54,568 nt of DNA, taken from positions 1 to 54,568 of the forward strand of contig JBBDJY010000001.1 of the NCBI GenBank assembly GCA_040879645.1, given 5' to 3'. The DNA is from Minisyncoccota bacterium (GTDB lineage: Bacteria; Patescibacteriota; Minisyncoccia; Phycocordibacterales; XYD1-FULL-46-19). Every line of letters begins with the position of its first letter. Position 1 is the stretch's first letter. Shown here piece after piece: positions 17,902 to 27,793 of this stretch. Both the position numbers and the translations under genes were made by a program. A model generated the notes under the pieces. The model did no database searches. It saw nothing but the letters and a program-made list of their open reading frames with translations, and had not been told where the DNA came from.

Positions 17902-19818
17902 ATGACTAAACGCTGGATTTACTCCGCCTTGCCGGATGAGGTTAAAAATAATCAACTGACCGCTTATCCGGAAATTGTCCAAAGAATTTTATTGTCGCGA
18001 GGGATTGTTAAGGCCGAAGAAGCCGAGTCTTTTCTTAATCCCGACTATGATCAATTGGCTGACCCTTTTTTGTTTAAGGATATGGACAAAGCGGTTAAAC
18101 GCTTGACGACGGCGATTAACCATAAAGAAAAAGTAGTTATTTTTGGCGATTACGATGCCGATGGTGTGCCGGCTAGCGCTTTATTGGCCGAATTTTTTCG
18201 TCTGATTGGTTTTGATAATTTTGAAGTGTATATCCCTCATCGGCATAATGAAGCTTACGGCTTAAGTTTGTCGGCGGTCGAGCGTTTTGGTCGACAAGCG
18301 GTGAAGCTGATTGTGACGGTTGATTGTGGGATTACCGCTATTGATGAAGTGCGTCTGGCTAACCAGCTTGGGATTGATGTTATTATTACCGACCATCATT
18401 TGGTGCCGGAGGTTTTGCCACCGGCGGTTGCTATTATTGACCCCAAACAGCCGGATTGCCGTTATCCCGATAAAATGCTTGCCGGTACCGGTGTCGCTTT
18501 TCGTTTGGCCGTCGCCTTGGCCGACCGCGGGCATTTTTCTTTTAAACCGGGACAGGAGAAATGGCTTTTAGATTTGGTAGCCATTGCGACGGTCAGTGAT
18601 ATGGTCCCGCTTTTGAATGAAAATCGAATTTTGGTTTATTACGGATTGAAGGTTTTGCGCCAAACTCGCCGGCCGGGCCTGAAAAAACTATTAAAGTTAA
18701 TGCGTTTAAAGCCGGAATACCTGACCGAAGACGATATTGGTTTTATGATTGGCCCGCGGATTAATTCGGCCGGCCGGATGACTCACGCTTCCGAAGCTTA
18801 TTTTCTCTTAACGACAACCGAAGAGGATCTGGCTGATCGAATTGCCAAGCGCTTGGAAAAACGGAATCAGGAACGCAAGCAATCGGTGGAAAGTATTTTA
18901 GCCGAAGCCGAAGCTCAATTGGCCGAAGGTGAGTCAGCCGGGCGGGCCCGTCCAACTGCGTCAGCCGGACAGGCCTGCCCGAACAGCTTGCCTGGGCGGG
19001 CCCGTCCGACGGTGTCATCCGGGCAAGCCCGTCCGACGGTGTCATCCGGGCAAGCCCGTCCAACTCGGTTATCCGGGCGGGACCTACCGGCGGTTGTTGT
19101 CTGTGGCGGTAAGCATTGGCCGATTGGTGTTTTGGGTTTGGCCGCCGGTCGGCTAACGGAAAAATACCAAAAAAGCTTTTTTGTCTGGGGTCATAACGGT
19201 GGCGGTGATTTGAAGGGTTCTTGCCGCTCGGACGGCACGGTTAATGTTGTTGACTTAATGGCCGTCGCCAATTCGGCCGATCAATCAACCGGCGGTTTGT
19301 TTGCCGATTTCGGGGGGCATAAAATGGCCGGTGGTTTTTCGATGTCGCCGGAAAAATTGGCAACATTGGAAGAAAGTTTGAATATTGCCTATGAGACATT
19401 GGATAAAAGCGAGGCCGAAAACGAACAATTAATTGATGGCGAATTATCACTGGCTGATATCAATGATAATTTTTACCGCGAACTGGCTCGCTTGGGGCCT
19501 TTCGGTGTTGGTCACCCCAAGCCGATTTTTCTCTTTCGTGGTCTTTGTCTTGAAGCGGTTAAACGTTTTGGTGCCGGTGGCCGCCACTTGGAATTGGTTT
19601 TTAAGGATGGACGGCGTCTGGTCAAGGGGATTGCTTTTTTTGCTTGTCAGCCGGAGGCTGATGCCGGTTTACCTCAAGCTCATATTTTTGGTGAGGTTGA
19701 TTTGGCTCCGGGGCGAGTGATTGATGTCTTGGCTCAGATTGAAGAATCGTTTTTTGGCCGGTGGCCGGTTTTGCGTTTACGGTTAGTTGATTTGGCCAGC
19801 TCGGCGCCGAAGAATTAG
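17902..19818 (+). CDS. recJ: ssDNA exonuclease RecJ with in-frame repeat insertion
   Basis: GDYDADG, TVDCG, TDHH, PRINSAGR, GGHKMAGG. Confidence 0.95.
   Translation: MTKRWIYSALPDEVKNNQLTAYPEIVQRILLSRGIVKAEEAESFLNPDYDQLADPFLFKDMDKAVKRLTTAINHKEKVVIFGDYDADGVPASALLAEFFRLIGFDNFEVYIPHRHNEAYGLSLSAVERFGRQAVKLIVTVDCGITAIDEVRLANQLGIDVIITDHHLVPEVLPPAVAIIDPKQPDCRYPDKMLAGTGVAFRLAVALADRGHFSFKPGQEKWLLDLVAIATVSDMVPLLNENRILVYYGLKVLRQTRRPGLKKLLKLMRLKPEYLTEDDIGFMIGPRINSAGRMTHASEAYFLLTTTEEDLADRIAKRLEKRNQERKQSVESILAEAEAQLAEGESAGRARPTASAGQACPNSLPGRARPTVSSGQARPTVSSGQARPTRLSGRDLPAVVVCGGKHWPIGVLGLAAGRLTEKYQKSFFVWGHNGGGDLKGSCRSDGTVNVVDLMAVANSADQSTGGLFADFGGHKMAGGFSMSPEKLATLEESLNIAYETLDKSEAENEQLIDGELSLADINDNFYRELARLGPFGVGHPKPIFLFRGLCLEAVKRFGAGGRHLELVFKDGRRLVKGIAFFACQPEADAGLPQAHIFGEVDLAPGRVIDVLAQIEESFFGRWPVLRLRLVDLASSAPKN
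18947..19081 (+). repeat. Five tandem 27-bp imperfect palindromes in frame within recJ
   Basis: Units CCYGYCC-N13-GGRCRRG; 19001-19027 and 19028-19054 are identical (cccgtccgacggtgtcatccgggcaag). Confidence 0.9.
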
Positions 19819-19864
19819 GTTTAAACCGGATGCGCCGGTTGGTATTATCGGTTATAATTTCATG

Positions 19865-20317
19865 ATGATGAAAGAAAAAATAATTTTATACACCGATGGC
19901 GGAGCCAGAGGTAATCCCGGTCCGGCCGGCGCCGGTGTCTTGATTACCGACAGTTGGGGAAAAGTTTTATCCGAAGATTCCCGTCCGCTTGGGACTATGA
20001 CCAACAACGAAGCCGAATATTCCGCGGTGATTATCGGCTTGCAATTACTGAAAAAAAATTTGGGAGGCGCTCGACTTAAATCGGCCGAGGTGGAATTGCG
20101 TTTGGATAGTCAATTGGTCGCCCGACAATTAAGCGGCGAGTATCAAATTAAAGAAGAAAGACTACAACCTTTTTTTATTAAAGTCTGGAATTGGCAAATT
20201 GCTCATCAGCGGTTACGGATTAGCTATATTCCTCGGGCGGAGAATAAACCGGCTGATGCTTTGGCCAATCAAGCGATGGACAAACAAACCGGCTCGACCG
20301 GTTTGTTTGCCGGTTGA
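19865..20317 (+). CDS. rnhA: Ribonuclease HI family protein
   Basis: YTDGGARGNPG, TNNEAEY, LDSQLV, ADALAN; start among ATGs 19862/19865/19868. Confidence 0.9.
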   Translation: MMKEKIILYTDGGARGNPGPAGAGVLITDSWGKVLSEDSRPLGTMTNNEAEYSAVIIGLQLLKKNLGGARLKSAEVELRLDSQLVARQLSGEYQIKEERLQPFFIKVWNWQIAHQRLRISYIPRAENKPADALANQAMDKQTGSTGLFAG

Positions 20318-20468
20318 TAACTGACTGAAACCTCTTACTTACGGGCTGAAATACCTTACACTCGCAAGCGGAGGGGTTGGGAGTTAAGATTTGCCCCATT
20401 TTAAAACTTGATTGATCAGGTGGTTTTCGGTTATAATCAACCAACTTATCAGTTTAATTATATTATTT

Positions 20469-20666
20469 GTGAATTACTTTAATAAAAAAACCATTACCGC
20501 TTTTGTTTTGGGGATGATTTTTATTCTATTTGCTCTGCATGCTCTTAATATTTACCAGTTACGGGCGGTGGTTTTTGCCAATCAAGTGGATATTGCGGAG
20601 ATTGCCCAATTCCTAAATAGTCAAATTGAAGCAACTCAAGGTTTGCCTCAAGCCGGACAACAATAG
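20469..20666 (+). CDS. Small single-TM hypothetical protein
   Basis: Hydrophobic segment ITAFVLGMIFILFALHAL; start uncertain. Confidence 0.55.
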   Translation: MNYFNKKTITAFVLGMIFILFALHALNIYQLRAVVFANQVDIAEIAQFLNSQIEATQGLPQAGQQ

Positions 20667-20721
20667 AAAAGTACACCCCAGTTGGCTGATGGGAATATTT
20701 GGCCCGGATGGATGCCAAAGA

Positions 20722-20750
20722 AAATTACCGAGGTTTAACCTCGGTAATTT
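20722..20750. repeat. Perfect palindrome, GAGGTTTAACCTC core
   Basis: AAATTACCGAGGTT-T-AACCTCGGTAATTT, 14-bp arms. Confidence 0.8.
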
Positions 20751-20941
20751 CTGGCGATAATGGTTCAGCCTAAGAGGTTAGTCTATGCCTATCGCTCAAA
20801 TTGGGTAAAGGTTTATAAATACCTTGCCAAGGTTATTTTTCGGTGGTATTGTCTGATATAGATAAAAGAAAGGAGGTGAAACATAGAAGTTATTGGTTGT
20901 GGTCACCAGAGACTAAACAAAACCAAAGGAGAAGTCTCATT

Positions 20942-21133
20942 ATGACAAATCTATGCGGCCAGTTACGACAGCCACCCGCCGAGCATCGCTCAGCCCCGAA
21001 GTCCCAGATTCGTTCCTCTCGGCCCAATTTGGGTCGGTGTGATTGCGGTCGTCGGAAAGGTTCCGATGGCTACTGTCTGAATGGACCGGACTGTCCCTAC
21101 GAAGATTTGGCCGCCCTGGCCGGCAACCAGTAA
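20942..21133 (+). CDS. Small Cys-rich hypothetical protein (63 aa)
   Basis: SD AAGGAGA; C-terminal CDCG-x7-C-x5-C; terminator follows. Confidence 0.55.
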   Translation: MTNLCGQLRQPPAEHRSAPKSQIRSSRPNLGRCDCGRRKGSDGYCLNGPDCPYEDLAALAGNQ

Positions 21134-21149
21134 CCGTTACCAGCAGTAC

Positions 21150-21180
21150 CCCCTCGATGTTCTCGAGGGGTTCATTTTGT
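21150..21180 (+). terminator. Rho-independent terminator
   Basis: CCCCTCGA-tgttc-TCGAGGGG then T-rich. Confidence 0.65.
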
Positions 21181-21264
21181 TTAAGAGAAGGTGTCTTGAT
21201 CCTTCTTTTTAATTAACGGATAGCTTTGGTTGGCGAATCAGGTTGATATTATCAGCCAAACAAA

Positions 21265-21285
21265 AAAACCGCCGGTGGCGGTTTT
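21265..21285 (-). terminator. Terminator downstream of rpmB
   Basis: AAAACCGCC-ggt-GGCGGTTTT with A-tract on the left. Confidence 0.7.
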
Positions 21286-21292
21286 GATCAAT

Positions 21293-21490
21293 TTATTTGG
21301 TTGTCAGATGACGATTCTTTTTTAGACAATTAGTGCAAACCAAAGCCCGGCCACCGGTGGATAAGGCGGTTTTTTGCAAATTGGGCTTTTTGCGGGTTTT
21401 ACCGGTCGGATTATACTTGGTGGCTCGAATGCGATTGGAATAGCCCCCGACGACGATAGACCCTTTTTGGCAGATAGCGCAAACTTTCAT
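21293..21490 (-). CDS. rpmB: 50S ribosomal protein L28
   Basis: CAICQKG...KPNLQ...VCTNCLK. Confidence 0.9.
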   Translation of the reverse strand: MKVCAICQKGSIVVGGYSNRIRATKYNPTGKTRKKPNLQKTALSTGGRALVCTNCLKKNRHLTTK

Positions 21491-21618
21491 ATGATTTTTT
21501 CTTTTACGAATAGTACTCGGTTATGTTATCATAAATAAGTCATTTCGCAAGCCGGTTTGTCTTTTTACGGCAAAAAGCCGACAGTTTGTTTGGTTTTGAC
21601 CGGTTGGCTATTTAATCT

Positions 21619-22251
21619 ATGGAAATTATCTTTTTTATCGTTATTTTAATTATGTCGGTGGTCGTTCACGAAGTCTCTCATGGCTGGGTGGCTTATTTTT
21701 TGGGTGACGGTACCGCCAAACAGGCCGGCCGACTGACTTTAAATCCGATACCGCATATTGATCCGATTGGCTCGATTCTAGTGCCGTTTATTATGGCCTT
21801 GTTGCCCCTTGGTATTATTTTTGGTTGGGCCCGGCCGGTACCATATAATCCTTATAATTTACGAGCCGGTAAATGGGGACCGGCCTTGGTGGCCGCCGCC
21901 GGACCGTTGTCTAATATCACCGTTGCTTCTCTTTGTGGCCTTATCTTCCGCTTGTCACCGGCTTTGACTTTAACCTCGTCGGCCGGGGTTTTAATCGCCT
22001 GGATTATTGTTCTAAACCTCGCTTTGGCGATCTTTAATCTGATCCCCGTTGCCCCGCTTGACGGTTCCAAGATTCTCTTTGCTCTCTTGCCTTATCACTT
22101 GCGTTATATTGAGGATTTTTTGACCCGTTATCAATTATTTGTCATCTTGTTAATCATCTTTATGGCCGGTTCGTTTATTATCGGACCGATTGTCGGTTTG
22201 TTTGAACTTTTAACCGGCCAGAGCTTTTTGGCCTTGCCCCGCTTGTTTTGA
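21619..22251 (+). CDS. Site-2 protease (M50 family)
   Basis: HEVSHG, LTLNP, AGP, FNLIPVAPLDG. Confidence 0.95.
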   Translation: MEIIFFIVILIMSVVVHEVSHGWVAYFLGDGTAKQAGRLTLNPIPHIDPIGSILVPFIMALLPLGIIFGWARPVPYNPYNLRAGKWGPALVAAAGPLSNITVASLCGLIFRLSPALTLTSSAGVLIAWIIVLNLALAIFNLIPVAPLDGSKILFALLPYHLRYIEDFLTRYQLFVILLIIFMAGSFIIGPIVGLFELLTGQSFLALPRLF

Positions 22252-22252
22252 T

Positions 22253-22281
22253 TTGCATTTTTATCAAACTTGTATTAAAGT
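22253..22281 (+). promoter_or_regulatory. sigma70 promoter of the str operon
   Basis: TTGCAT-N17-TAAAGT, 9 nt before the rpsL ATG. Confidence 0.55.
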
Positions 22282-22290
22282 GTCCCTGTT

Positions 22291-22701
22291 ATGCCAACCA
22301 TTAACCAATTGGTCAGAAAAAATCGTAAAAAGGTAGTTAAGAAATCCAAAGCCGTTGCTTTGGCCCGCGGTTTTAATGTCCAGAAAAATCGTACCGTTTA
22401 TTATGCCTCACCGTTTAAGCGGGGAGTTTGTTTGCAGGTTAAAACAACGACCCCAAAGAAGCCTAACTCGGCCTTGCGGAAAATCGCCCGAGTCAAGCTG
22501 ACTAACGGTATGGAAGTAACCGCTTACATCCCCGGCATCGGCCACAATTTGCAAGAACACTCGGTTGTTTTATTGCGCGGTGGGCGGGTTAAGGACTTGC
22601 CGGGTGTTCGTTACACCATTGTCCGTGGCGTTTTGGATACGGCCGGCGTGGACAAGCGCAAGCAAAGTCGGAGCTTATACGGTGCCAAAAAAACCAAATA
22701 G
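22291..22701 (+). CDS. rpsL: 30S ribosomal protein S12
   Basis: [29 protein letters not shown]. Confidence 0.99.
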   Translation: MPTINQLVRKNRKKVVKKSKAVALARGFNVQKNRTVYYASPFKRGVCLQVKTTTPKKPNSALRKIARVKLTNGMEVTAYIPGIGHNLQEHSVVLLRGGRVKDLPGVRYTIVRGVLDTAGVDKRKQSRSLYGAKKTK

Positions 22702-22713
22702 AATTAAATTATT

Positions 22714-23196
22714 ATGCGTCGCAAGATAAAAACCAGAAAAGCTTTGTTGCCCGACTTGAATCATGACTCGGTTAAGGTCGCCAAGTTGATAAACTATGTC
22801 ATGGAACGAGGCAAAAAAAATATCGCTCGGCGGATTGTCTATCGTTCATTATCGGCCGTCGAGACCAAAGCTAAACAACCGGCCTTAGGTGTTTTTGAAC
22901 AAGCGCTAAAAAATGTCGCTCCGCAAATGGAGGTTCGTTCTCGTCGTGTTGGTGGAGCTAATTACCAAGTACCGCACGAAGTTCGTCCGGAGCGTCAATT
23001 GTCTTTGTCTTTGCGTTGGATTATCGGCGCCGCCAAAGCCAAGAAAGGTTCAGCGATGGACCGGCGTTTGGCCGAAGAAATATTAGCGGCCGCCGACAAT
23101 ACCGGCGAAGCGGTTAAGAAGCGGGAAAATATCCACAAAATGGCCGAAGCCAACCGGGCTTTTGCTCATTTTGCTTGGACTCGTCGAAAGAAATAA
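22714..23196 (+). CDS. rpsG: 30S ribosomal protein S7
   Basis: RRVGGANYQVP, HKMAEANRAFAH. Confidence 0.99.
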   Translation: MRRKIKTRKALLPDLNHDSVKVAKLINYVMERGKKNIARRIVYRSLSAVETKAKQPALGVFEQALKNVAPQMEVRSRRVGGANYQVPHEVRPERQLSLSLRWIIGAAKAKKGSAMDRRLAEEILAAADNTGEAVKKRENIHKMAEANRAFAHFAWTRRKK

Positions 23197-23208
23197 TTTT
23201 TGAATGAA

Positions 23209-25356
23209 ATGGCAAGAGATTACCCTTTGGAAAAAGTAAGAAATATTGGCATCATTGCCCATATTGACGCCGGTAAAACCACAACAACCGAGCGGGTTTT
23301 GTATTATACCGGCGTGTCGCATAAAATCGGTGAAGTCCATGAAGGCGAAGCGACGATGGACTGGATGGAACAAGAGCGGGAACGGGGTATTACCATTACT
23401 TCGGCCGCGACCACCGCTTTTTGGTTGCCGAGTGATGCCAATGGTGACGAGACATTAAAACATCGTATCAATATTATTGACACGCCGGGACACGTTGACT
23501 TTACCGCCGAAGTTGAACGCTCGCTTAAGGTTTTGGATGGCGGGGTGGTGGTCTTTGACGGGGTGGCCGGAGTTGAGCCGCAATCAGAAACCGTTTGGCG
23601 TCAAGCGGATAAATACAAAGTCCCGCGGATTTGTTTTGTTAATAAACTGGACCGAATGGGGGCGAGTTTTGATCATTCGTTTAAAACCATTATTGACCGC
23701 CTGACAAAAAAGGCCGTTCGGGTACAGATCCCGATTGGTGAAGACGATGCCCATGAGGGAGTGATTGATCTGCTTAAACTGAAAGGTTACTTTTTTGAAG
23801 GCAAGATGGGCAATGAAATCAAAGAAGTGGAAATTCCCGCCGAGCTTAAAGACACCGCCGAGGCCTTGCGTCATGAATTGGTGGAAAAAATCGTTGAGCA
23901 TGATGAAGATTTAACCAATGATTATTTGGAAGGTAAAGATATCGCCCTTGATGACCTAAAGCGGGTTTTGCGCCAAGCAACTATCAATAATCAGTTGGTG
24001 CCGGTATTTTGCGGTTCGGCTTTAAAAAATAAAGGGGTGCAATTGGTCTTGGACGGCGTGGTTGATTATCTGCCGTCTCCGCTTGATGTGCCGCCGGTGG
24101 CCGGTTTGGATCCGAAAACCGAAGAAGAAATTACTCGCCAGCCGGATGACAGCGAACCGTTGGCCGCTTTGGTTTTTAAATTGCAATCTGATCCGTTTGT
24201 CGGCCAATTGGCTTATGTCCGGGTCTATGCCGGCGTATTGGAATCCGGTTCTTATGTTTATAATTCCACCACTAAAAATAAAGAGCGAATTGGTCGGATT
24301 GTTCGGATGCATGCCAATCACCGTGAAGAGGTGAAGACCATTTATGCCGGCGAGATTGCCGCTTTGGTTGGCCTGAAAAATACTCGGACTTCGGACACTC
24401 TTTGTGCCGAGGGCCAGCCGATTATTCTTGGCCAGATTGATTTTCCCGAGCCGGTGGTTTCCTTGCGGATTGAGCCGAAAACTAAAGCCGATCAAGAAAA
24501 AATGGGCCTGGCGTTACGCAAATTATCCGCCGAAGATCCGACTTTCCGAGTAGAATCTGATCAAGAAACCTTTGAAACGATTATTTCCGGGATGGGCGAA
24601 TTGCACTTGGAGGTATTGGTTGACCGACTGAAACGCGAATTTAATGTCGAGGCCAATGTCGGCAATCCCCAAGTTGCTTACAAAGAAACAATTACCGCTT
24701 CGGCCGAGGCCGAGCATAAATACATCAAACAGTCCGGCGGTCGGGGTCAATACGGCCATGTCAAACTTGAGGTTAAGCCCTTGGATAAAAATATTGATCC
24801 GGAAGCCAAAATTCCCAAGAATATTCATCGTGAAGACCACTTTGAATTTATTAATTCCATTAAGGGCGGTATTATTCCCCAAGAATTTATTCCGGCGGTG
24901 GAAAAAGGCGTGCGCGAAGGTATGGCTCGGGGCGTTGTGGCCGGTTTCTCGTTGGTGGATATTTCCTGCGATCTTATTTTTGGTTCTTATCACGATGTGG
25001 ACTCTTCGGAAATCGCTTTCAAATTGGCCGCCTCGATGGCTTTTCAAGAAGCCGCTCGTCGGGCCAAGCCGGTTATTTTGGAACCGATTATGAAGGTGGA
25101 GGTTGTCGTGCCGGAAAAATTTATGGGTGATATTACCGGTTACCTTTCTTCCAAGCGCGGTCAGATTGAAAGTCTGAGCGATCGCGGTACCGACTTGAAG
25201 TCGATTAATTCCAAAGTGCCATTGTCGGAAATGTTCGGTTTTGTAACGGTTTTGCGGTCAATGACCGAAGGCCGGGGTACTTTTGTGATGGAGTTTGATA
25301 AATACGACATTGTGCCGAGTAATGTTGCCCAAACCATTATCGCCGGCCGGGGGTAA
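23209..25356 (+). CDS. fusA: Elongation factor G
   Basis: [39 protein letters not shown]. Confidence 0.99.
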   Translation: MARDYPLEKVRNIGIIAHIDAGKTTTTERVLYYTGVSHKIGEVHEGEATMDWMEQERERGITITSAATTAFWLPSDANGDETLKHRINIIDTPGHVDFTAEVERSLKVLDGGVVVFDGVAGVEPQSETVWRQADKYKVPRICFVNKLDRMGASFDHSFKTIIDRLTKKAVRVQIPIGEDDAHEGVIDLLKLKGYFFEGKMGNEIKEVEIPAELKDTAEALRHELVEKIVEHDEDLTNDYLEGKDIALDDLKRVLRQATINNQLVPVFCGSALKNKGVQLVLDGVVDYLPSPLDVPPVAGLDPKTEEEITRQPDDSEPLAALVFKLQSDPFVGQLAYVRVYAGVLESGSYVYNSTTKNKERIGRIVRMHANHREEVKTIYAGEIAALVGLKNTRTSDTLCAEGQPIILGQIDFPEPVVSLRIEPKTKADQEKMGLALRKLSAEDPTFRVESDQETFETIISGMGELHLEVLVDRLKREFNVEANVGNPQVAYKETITASAEAEHKYIKQSGGRGQYGHVKLEVKPLDKNIDPEAKIPKNIHREDHFEFINSIKGGIIPQEFIPAVEKGVREGMARGVVAGFSLVDISCDLIFGSYHDVDSSEIAFKLAASMAFQEAARRAKPVILEPIMKVEVVVPEKFMGDITGYLSSKRGQIESLSDRGTDLKSINSKVPLSEMFGFVTVLRSMTEGRGTFVMEFDKYDIVPSNVAQTIIAGRG

Positions 25357-25374
25357 TTTACCATTTATCGTTTG

Positions 25375-25402
25375 CCCGCCCGCTTGTCAGGGGCGGTTTT
25401 TT
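25375..25402 (+). terminator. Terminator after fusA
   Basis: CCGCCC..GGGCGG stem followed by TTTTTT. Confidence 0.6.
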
Positions 25403-25469
25403 GTTTGAAAATTGTTTTTTTGGCCGACGGGCGTTATAATCAGGTTTAGATTAAAATTTTCGAGTTTTT

Positions 25470-27104
25470 ATGGCTATCATCAATCAAATTACTCCGCTTG
25501 GTATTATTTTCATTTTTCTTCTTCTGTTGGCTGTTTCTTATGCCGTCATCCGTTATCGACAGATGGATATTCGGGTTGTCGGTCGTCATATTTATCTCTA
25601 TACCCTGATTGCCATCTTTATTTATTTTACCTTTTATCTGGTCGCCGGCCTTTATCTGCGTTTTTTGGGCGGTATTTTTACCCCGGCATCGTATTTGGTC
25701 GGTGTTTTTATTGCCCCGATTTTTGTTTTTCTGCTCAATCGTTTTTATCGTTTGGTTCAGTATCTGGCCAATCGTTACTTTTTCGCTTCGCTTTACTCCA
25801 TTCAGGAGTCTATCAATCGCTTGGCTCGCGAACTTAATTACTTTAGCGATATTGGTCGGATTACCGACTTAACCATGGGAACAATTCGCCAGACTTTCCA
25901 ATTGGACAGGATTGGTTTGATTATTTTTGCCGAATTTGAAGATAAGGTTAATTATCGGGTTAAAAGTTACGGTTTTAAAAATGATTTGGCGGCGGGGACT
26001 TTGGTCCAAAATCCCGCCTTACTGGACTTATTGCGCCGTTACCGCCGAATGATTGTGACTGCCGAATTTGCCACTAAGCAGTTGCCGGTTAATTTTGAAT
26101 CAGATGAAGTCGCCGCCCGTGATTTAGTTCTTTACCTTAAGGGACAAGCGGCCAGTGCGGCTATTCCGCTTAATTCCGGCCAAAAATTAGTCGGCTTGAT
26201 TCTCTTGGGGGTTAAATCGTCAACGGATCCGTTTACCAAGGAAGAATTGAATCAGTTGGAGACTTTGGCCGGCCCGGTCGGTATTGCCATTGATAACGCT
26301 TTACTTTATGACCGATTAAATGATTTTAACCGCTTACTGTCGGCTCGAGTGGACGAACAGACGGTGGAATTGCGGGCCAAGACCGTTCACTTGCAAAAAT
26401 TGCTGGAAATGCGCTCGGAATTTTTAGATGTTGCTTCTCATCAATTACGGACACCAGTCTCGGTTATTCTCGGGACCATTTCTATGTTTCGGGAAGGCAG
26501 TATGTCAAAATTAACCACTGAACAGCAGTCACACTTTATTGAGAGTATTTATCATAAGGCCAAAAAACTGGAATTGATTATCCGTGATATTTTAAGCGCG
26601 TCGGAAATGGATACCGATAAATTCACTTTGACGCCGGATAAATTAAAATCGGTGCCGGTAGCCGAAGTTATTACCGAAGTGTTAGCCGGCTTGCGGGATA
26701 AAGCGGCCAGTAAAGATATAGAACTGGTCTTTAAGCCACCAACCGGCCAAGGGCCGAAAGTGGCCACCTCGGCCAATTATCTGGAACAGGCCTTATTTAA
26801 CTTAGTGGATAATGCTTTAAATTATACTTCCGCCGGTCAAGTCGATGTTTGTTTGGCGGAAGACGACGGACGCGTTATAATTAAAGTCAAGGATACCGGT
26901 ATCGGTATTCCGGCCACTGATCAGTCTAAAGTTTTTGATAAGTTTGCTCGCGGTAAAAATGCGGTCAATCTTTATACCGACGGTTCCGGTCTCGGTCTGT
27001 TTATTACCAAAAAGATTATTGAAGCTCATCCTGATGGCCGGATCAGTTTTACGTCCGAGGATGGTCGAGGTTCAACTTTTATTATCAATTTGCCGGCGGC
27101 TTAA
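25470..27104 (+). CDS. Membrane sensor histidine kinase (TM + GAF + HisKA + HATPase)
   Basis: GAF ending AIDNALLY; SHQLRTP H-box; N box NLVDNA; DTGIGI, GSGLGL. Confidence 0.93.
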   Translation: MAIINQITPLGIIFIFLLLLAVSYAVIRYRQMDIRVVGRHIYLYTLIAIFIYFTFYLVAGLYLRFLGGIFTPASYLVGVFIAPIFVFLLNRFYRLVQYLANRYFFASLYSIQESINRLARELNYFSDIGRITDLTMGTIRQTFQLDRIGLIIFAEFEDKVNYRVKSYGFKNDLAAGTLVQNPALLDLLRRYRRMIVTAEFATKQLPVNFESDEVAARDLVLYLKGQAASAAIPLNSGQKLVGLILLGVKSSTDPFTKEELNQLETLAGPVGIAIDNALLYDRLNDFNRLLSARVDEQTVELRAKTVHLQKLLEMRSEFLDVASHQLRTPVSVILGTISMFREGSMSKLTTEQQSHFIESIYHKAKKLELIIRDILSASEMDTDKFTLTPDKLKSVPVAEVITEVLAGLRDKAASKDIELVFKPPTGQGPKVATSANYLEQALFNLVDNALNYTSAGQVDVCLAEDDGRVIIKVKDTGIGIPATDQSKVFDKFARGKNAVNLYTDGSGLGLFITKKIIEAHPDGRISFTSEDGRGSTFIINLPAA

Positions 27105-27120
27105 TCCCCGGAGATGAAAT

Positions 27121-27558
27121 ATGAAGCATGTGGCTAAAAAAGTTTTATTAATTGAAGACGATCAAGATCAGATTCAACTGTATCAGACCCAATTTATGCT
27201 GAATGGGACGATGGATTTATTATCGGCGGATAATGGTCGGACGGGTCTCACCATGGCCCAAAATAACCAAGTGGACTTAATCTTACTTGATTTATTAATG
27301 GACGATATGGGCGGCCAAGAGGTCTTGCGACGACTTAAGGACGATTCGGCGACTAAAGATATTCCGGTTATCATTTTGACCAACTTATATAAAGACGAGG
27401 TCAAAAAAGAGTGTTTGGCCTTGGGGGCGGCCACTTATTGGTTGAAGACCGAAGTTATGCCCGGTCTGGTTTTGGAGCGGACTAGAAAATTCCTCTATCC
27501 GGAAGAAGAAGCGGGGGACGAAGCCGATAATCAAAAAGCCGGTTTCCGGTTGATTTAG
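27121..27558 (+). CDS. Single-domain response regulator (CheY-like)
   Basis: LIEDD, LILLDLLM, IILTN, conserved Lys. Confidence 0.92.
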   Translation: MKHVAKKVLLIEDDQDQIQLYQTQFMLNGTMDLLSADNGRTGLTMAQNNQVDLILLDLLMDDMGGQEVLRRLKDDSATKDIPVIILTNLYKDEVKKECLALGAATYWLKTEVMPGLVLERTRKFLYPEEEAGDEADNQKAGFRLI

Positions 27559-27651
27559 GGGTTAATTTTTTGGGGCGACCCTCTCACCTTGGGGTGACGG
27601 GAGTTAACGGGGTCTTGATGGCTCTTTAAACTTTAGTCTGGAGCTTTCTTT

Positions 27652-27674
27652 TGATTGAGGTTTAACCTCAATCA
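27652..27674. repeat. Perfect palindrome, GAGGTTTAACCTC core
   Basis: TGATTGAGGTT-T-AACCTCAATCA, 11-bp arms. Confidence 0.8.
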
Positions 27675-27688
27675 GGGAGTCTCTTGAT

Positions 27689-27716
27689 TTGACTATTTCG
27701 GTATATTTGTTACTAT
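27689..27716 (+). promoter_or_regulatory. sigma70 promoter for tuf-S10 operon
   Basis: TTGACT-N16-TACTAT with TGn extension. Confidence 0.6.
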
Positions 27717-27793
27717 GTCTTTTACGCCCATTGCGTGTTTTTTTAATGGTGATAGAACCATTTATTAATAATAATTATTAAACAATAAATAAT

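Noticed and set aside
18947-19081. CRISPR array
   Set aside because: 27-bp period with only 13-nt variable middles, in frame in recJ, no cas genes
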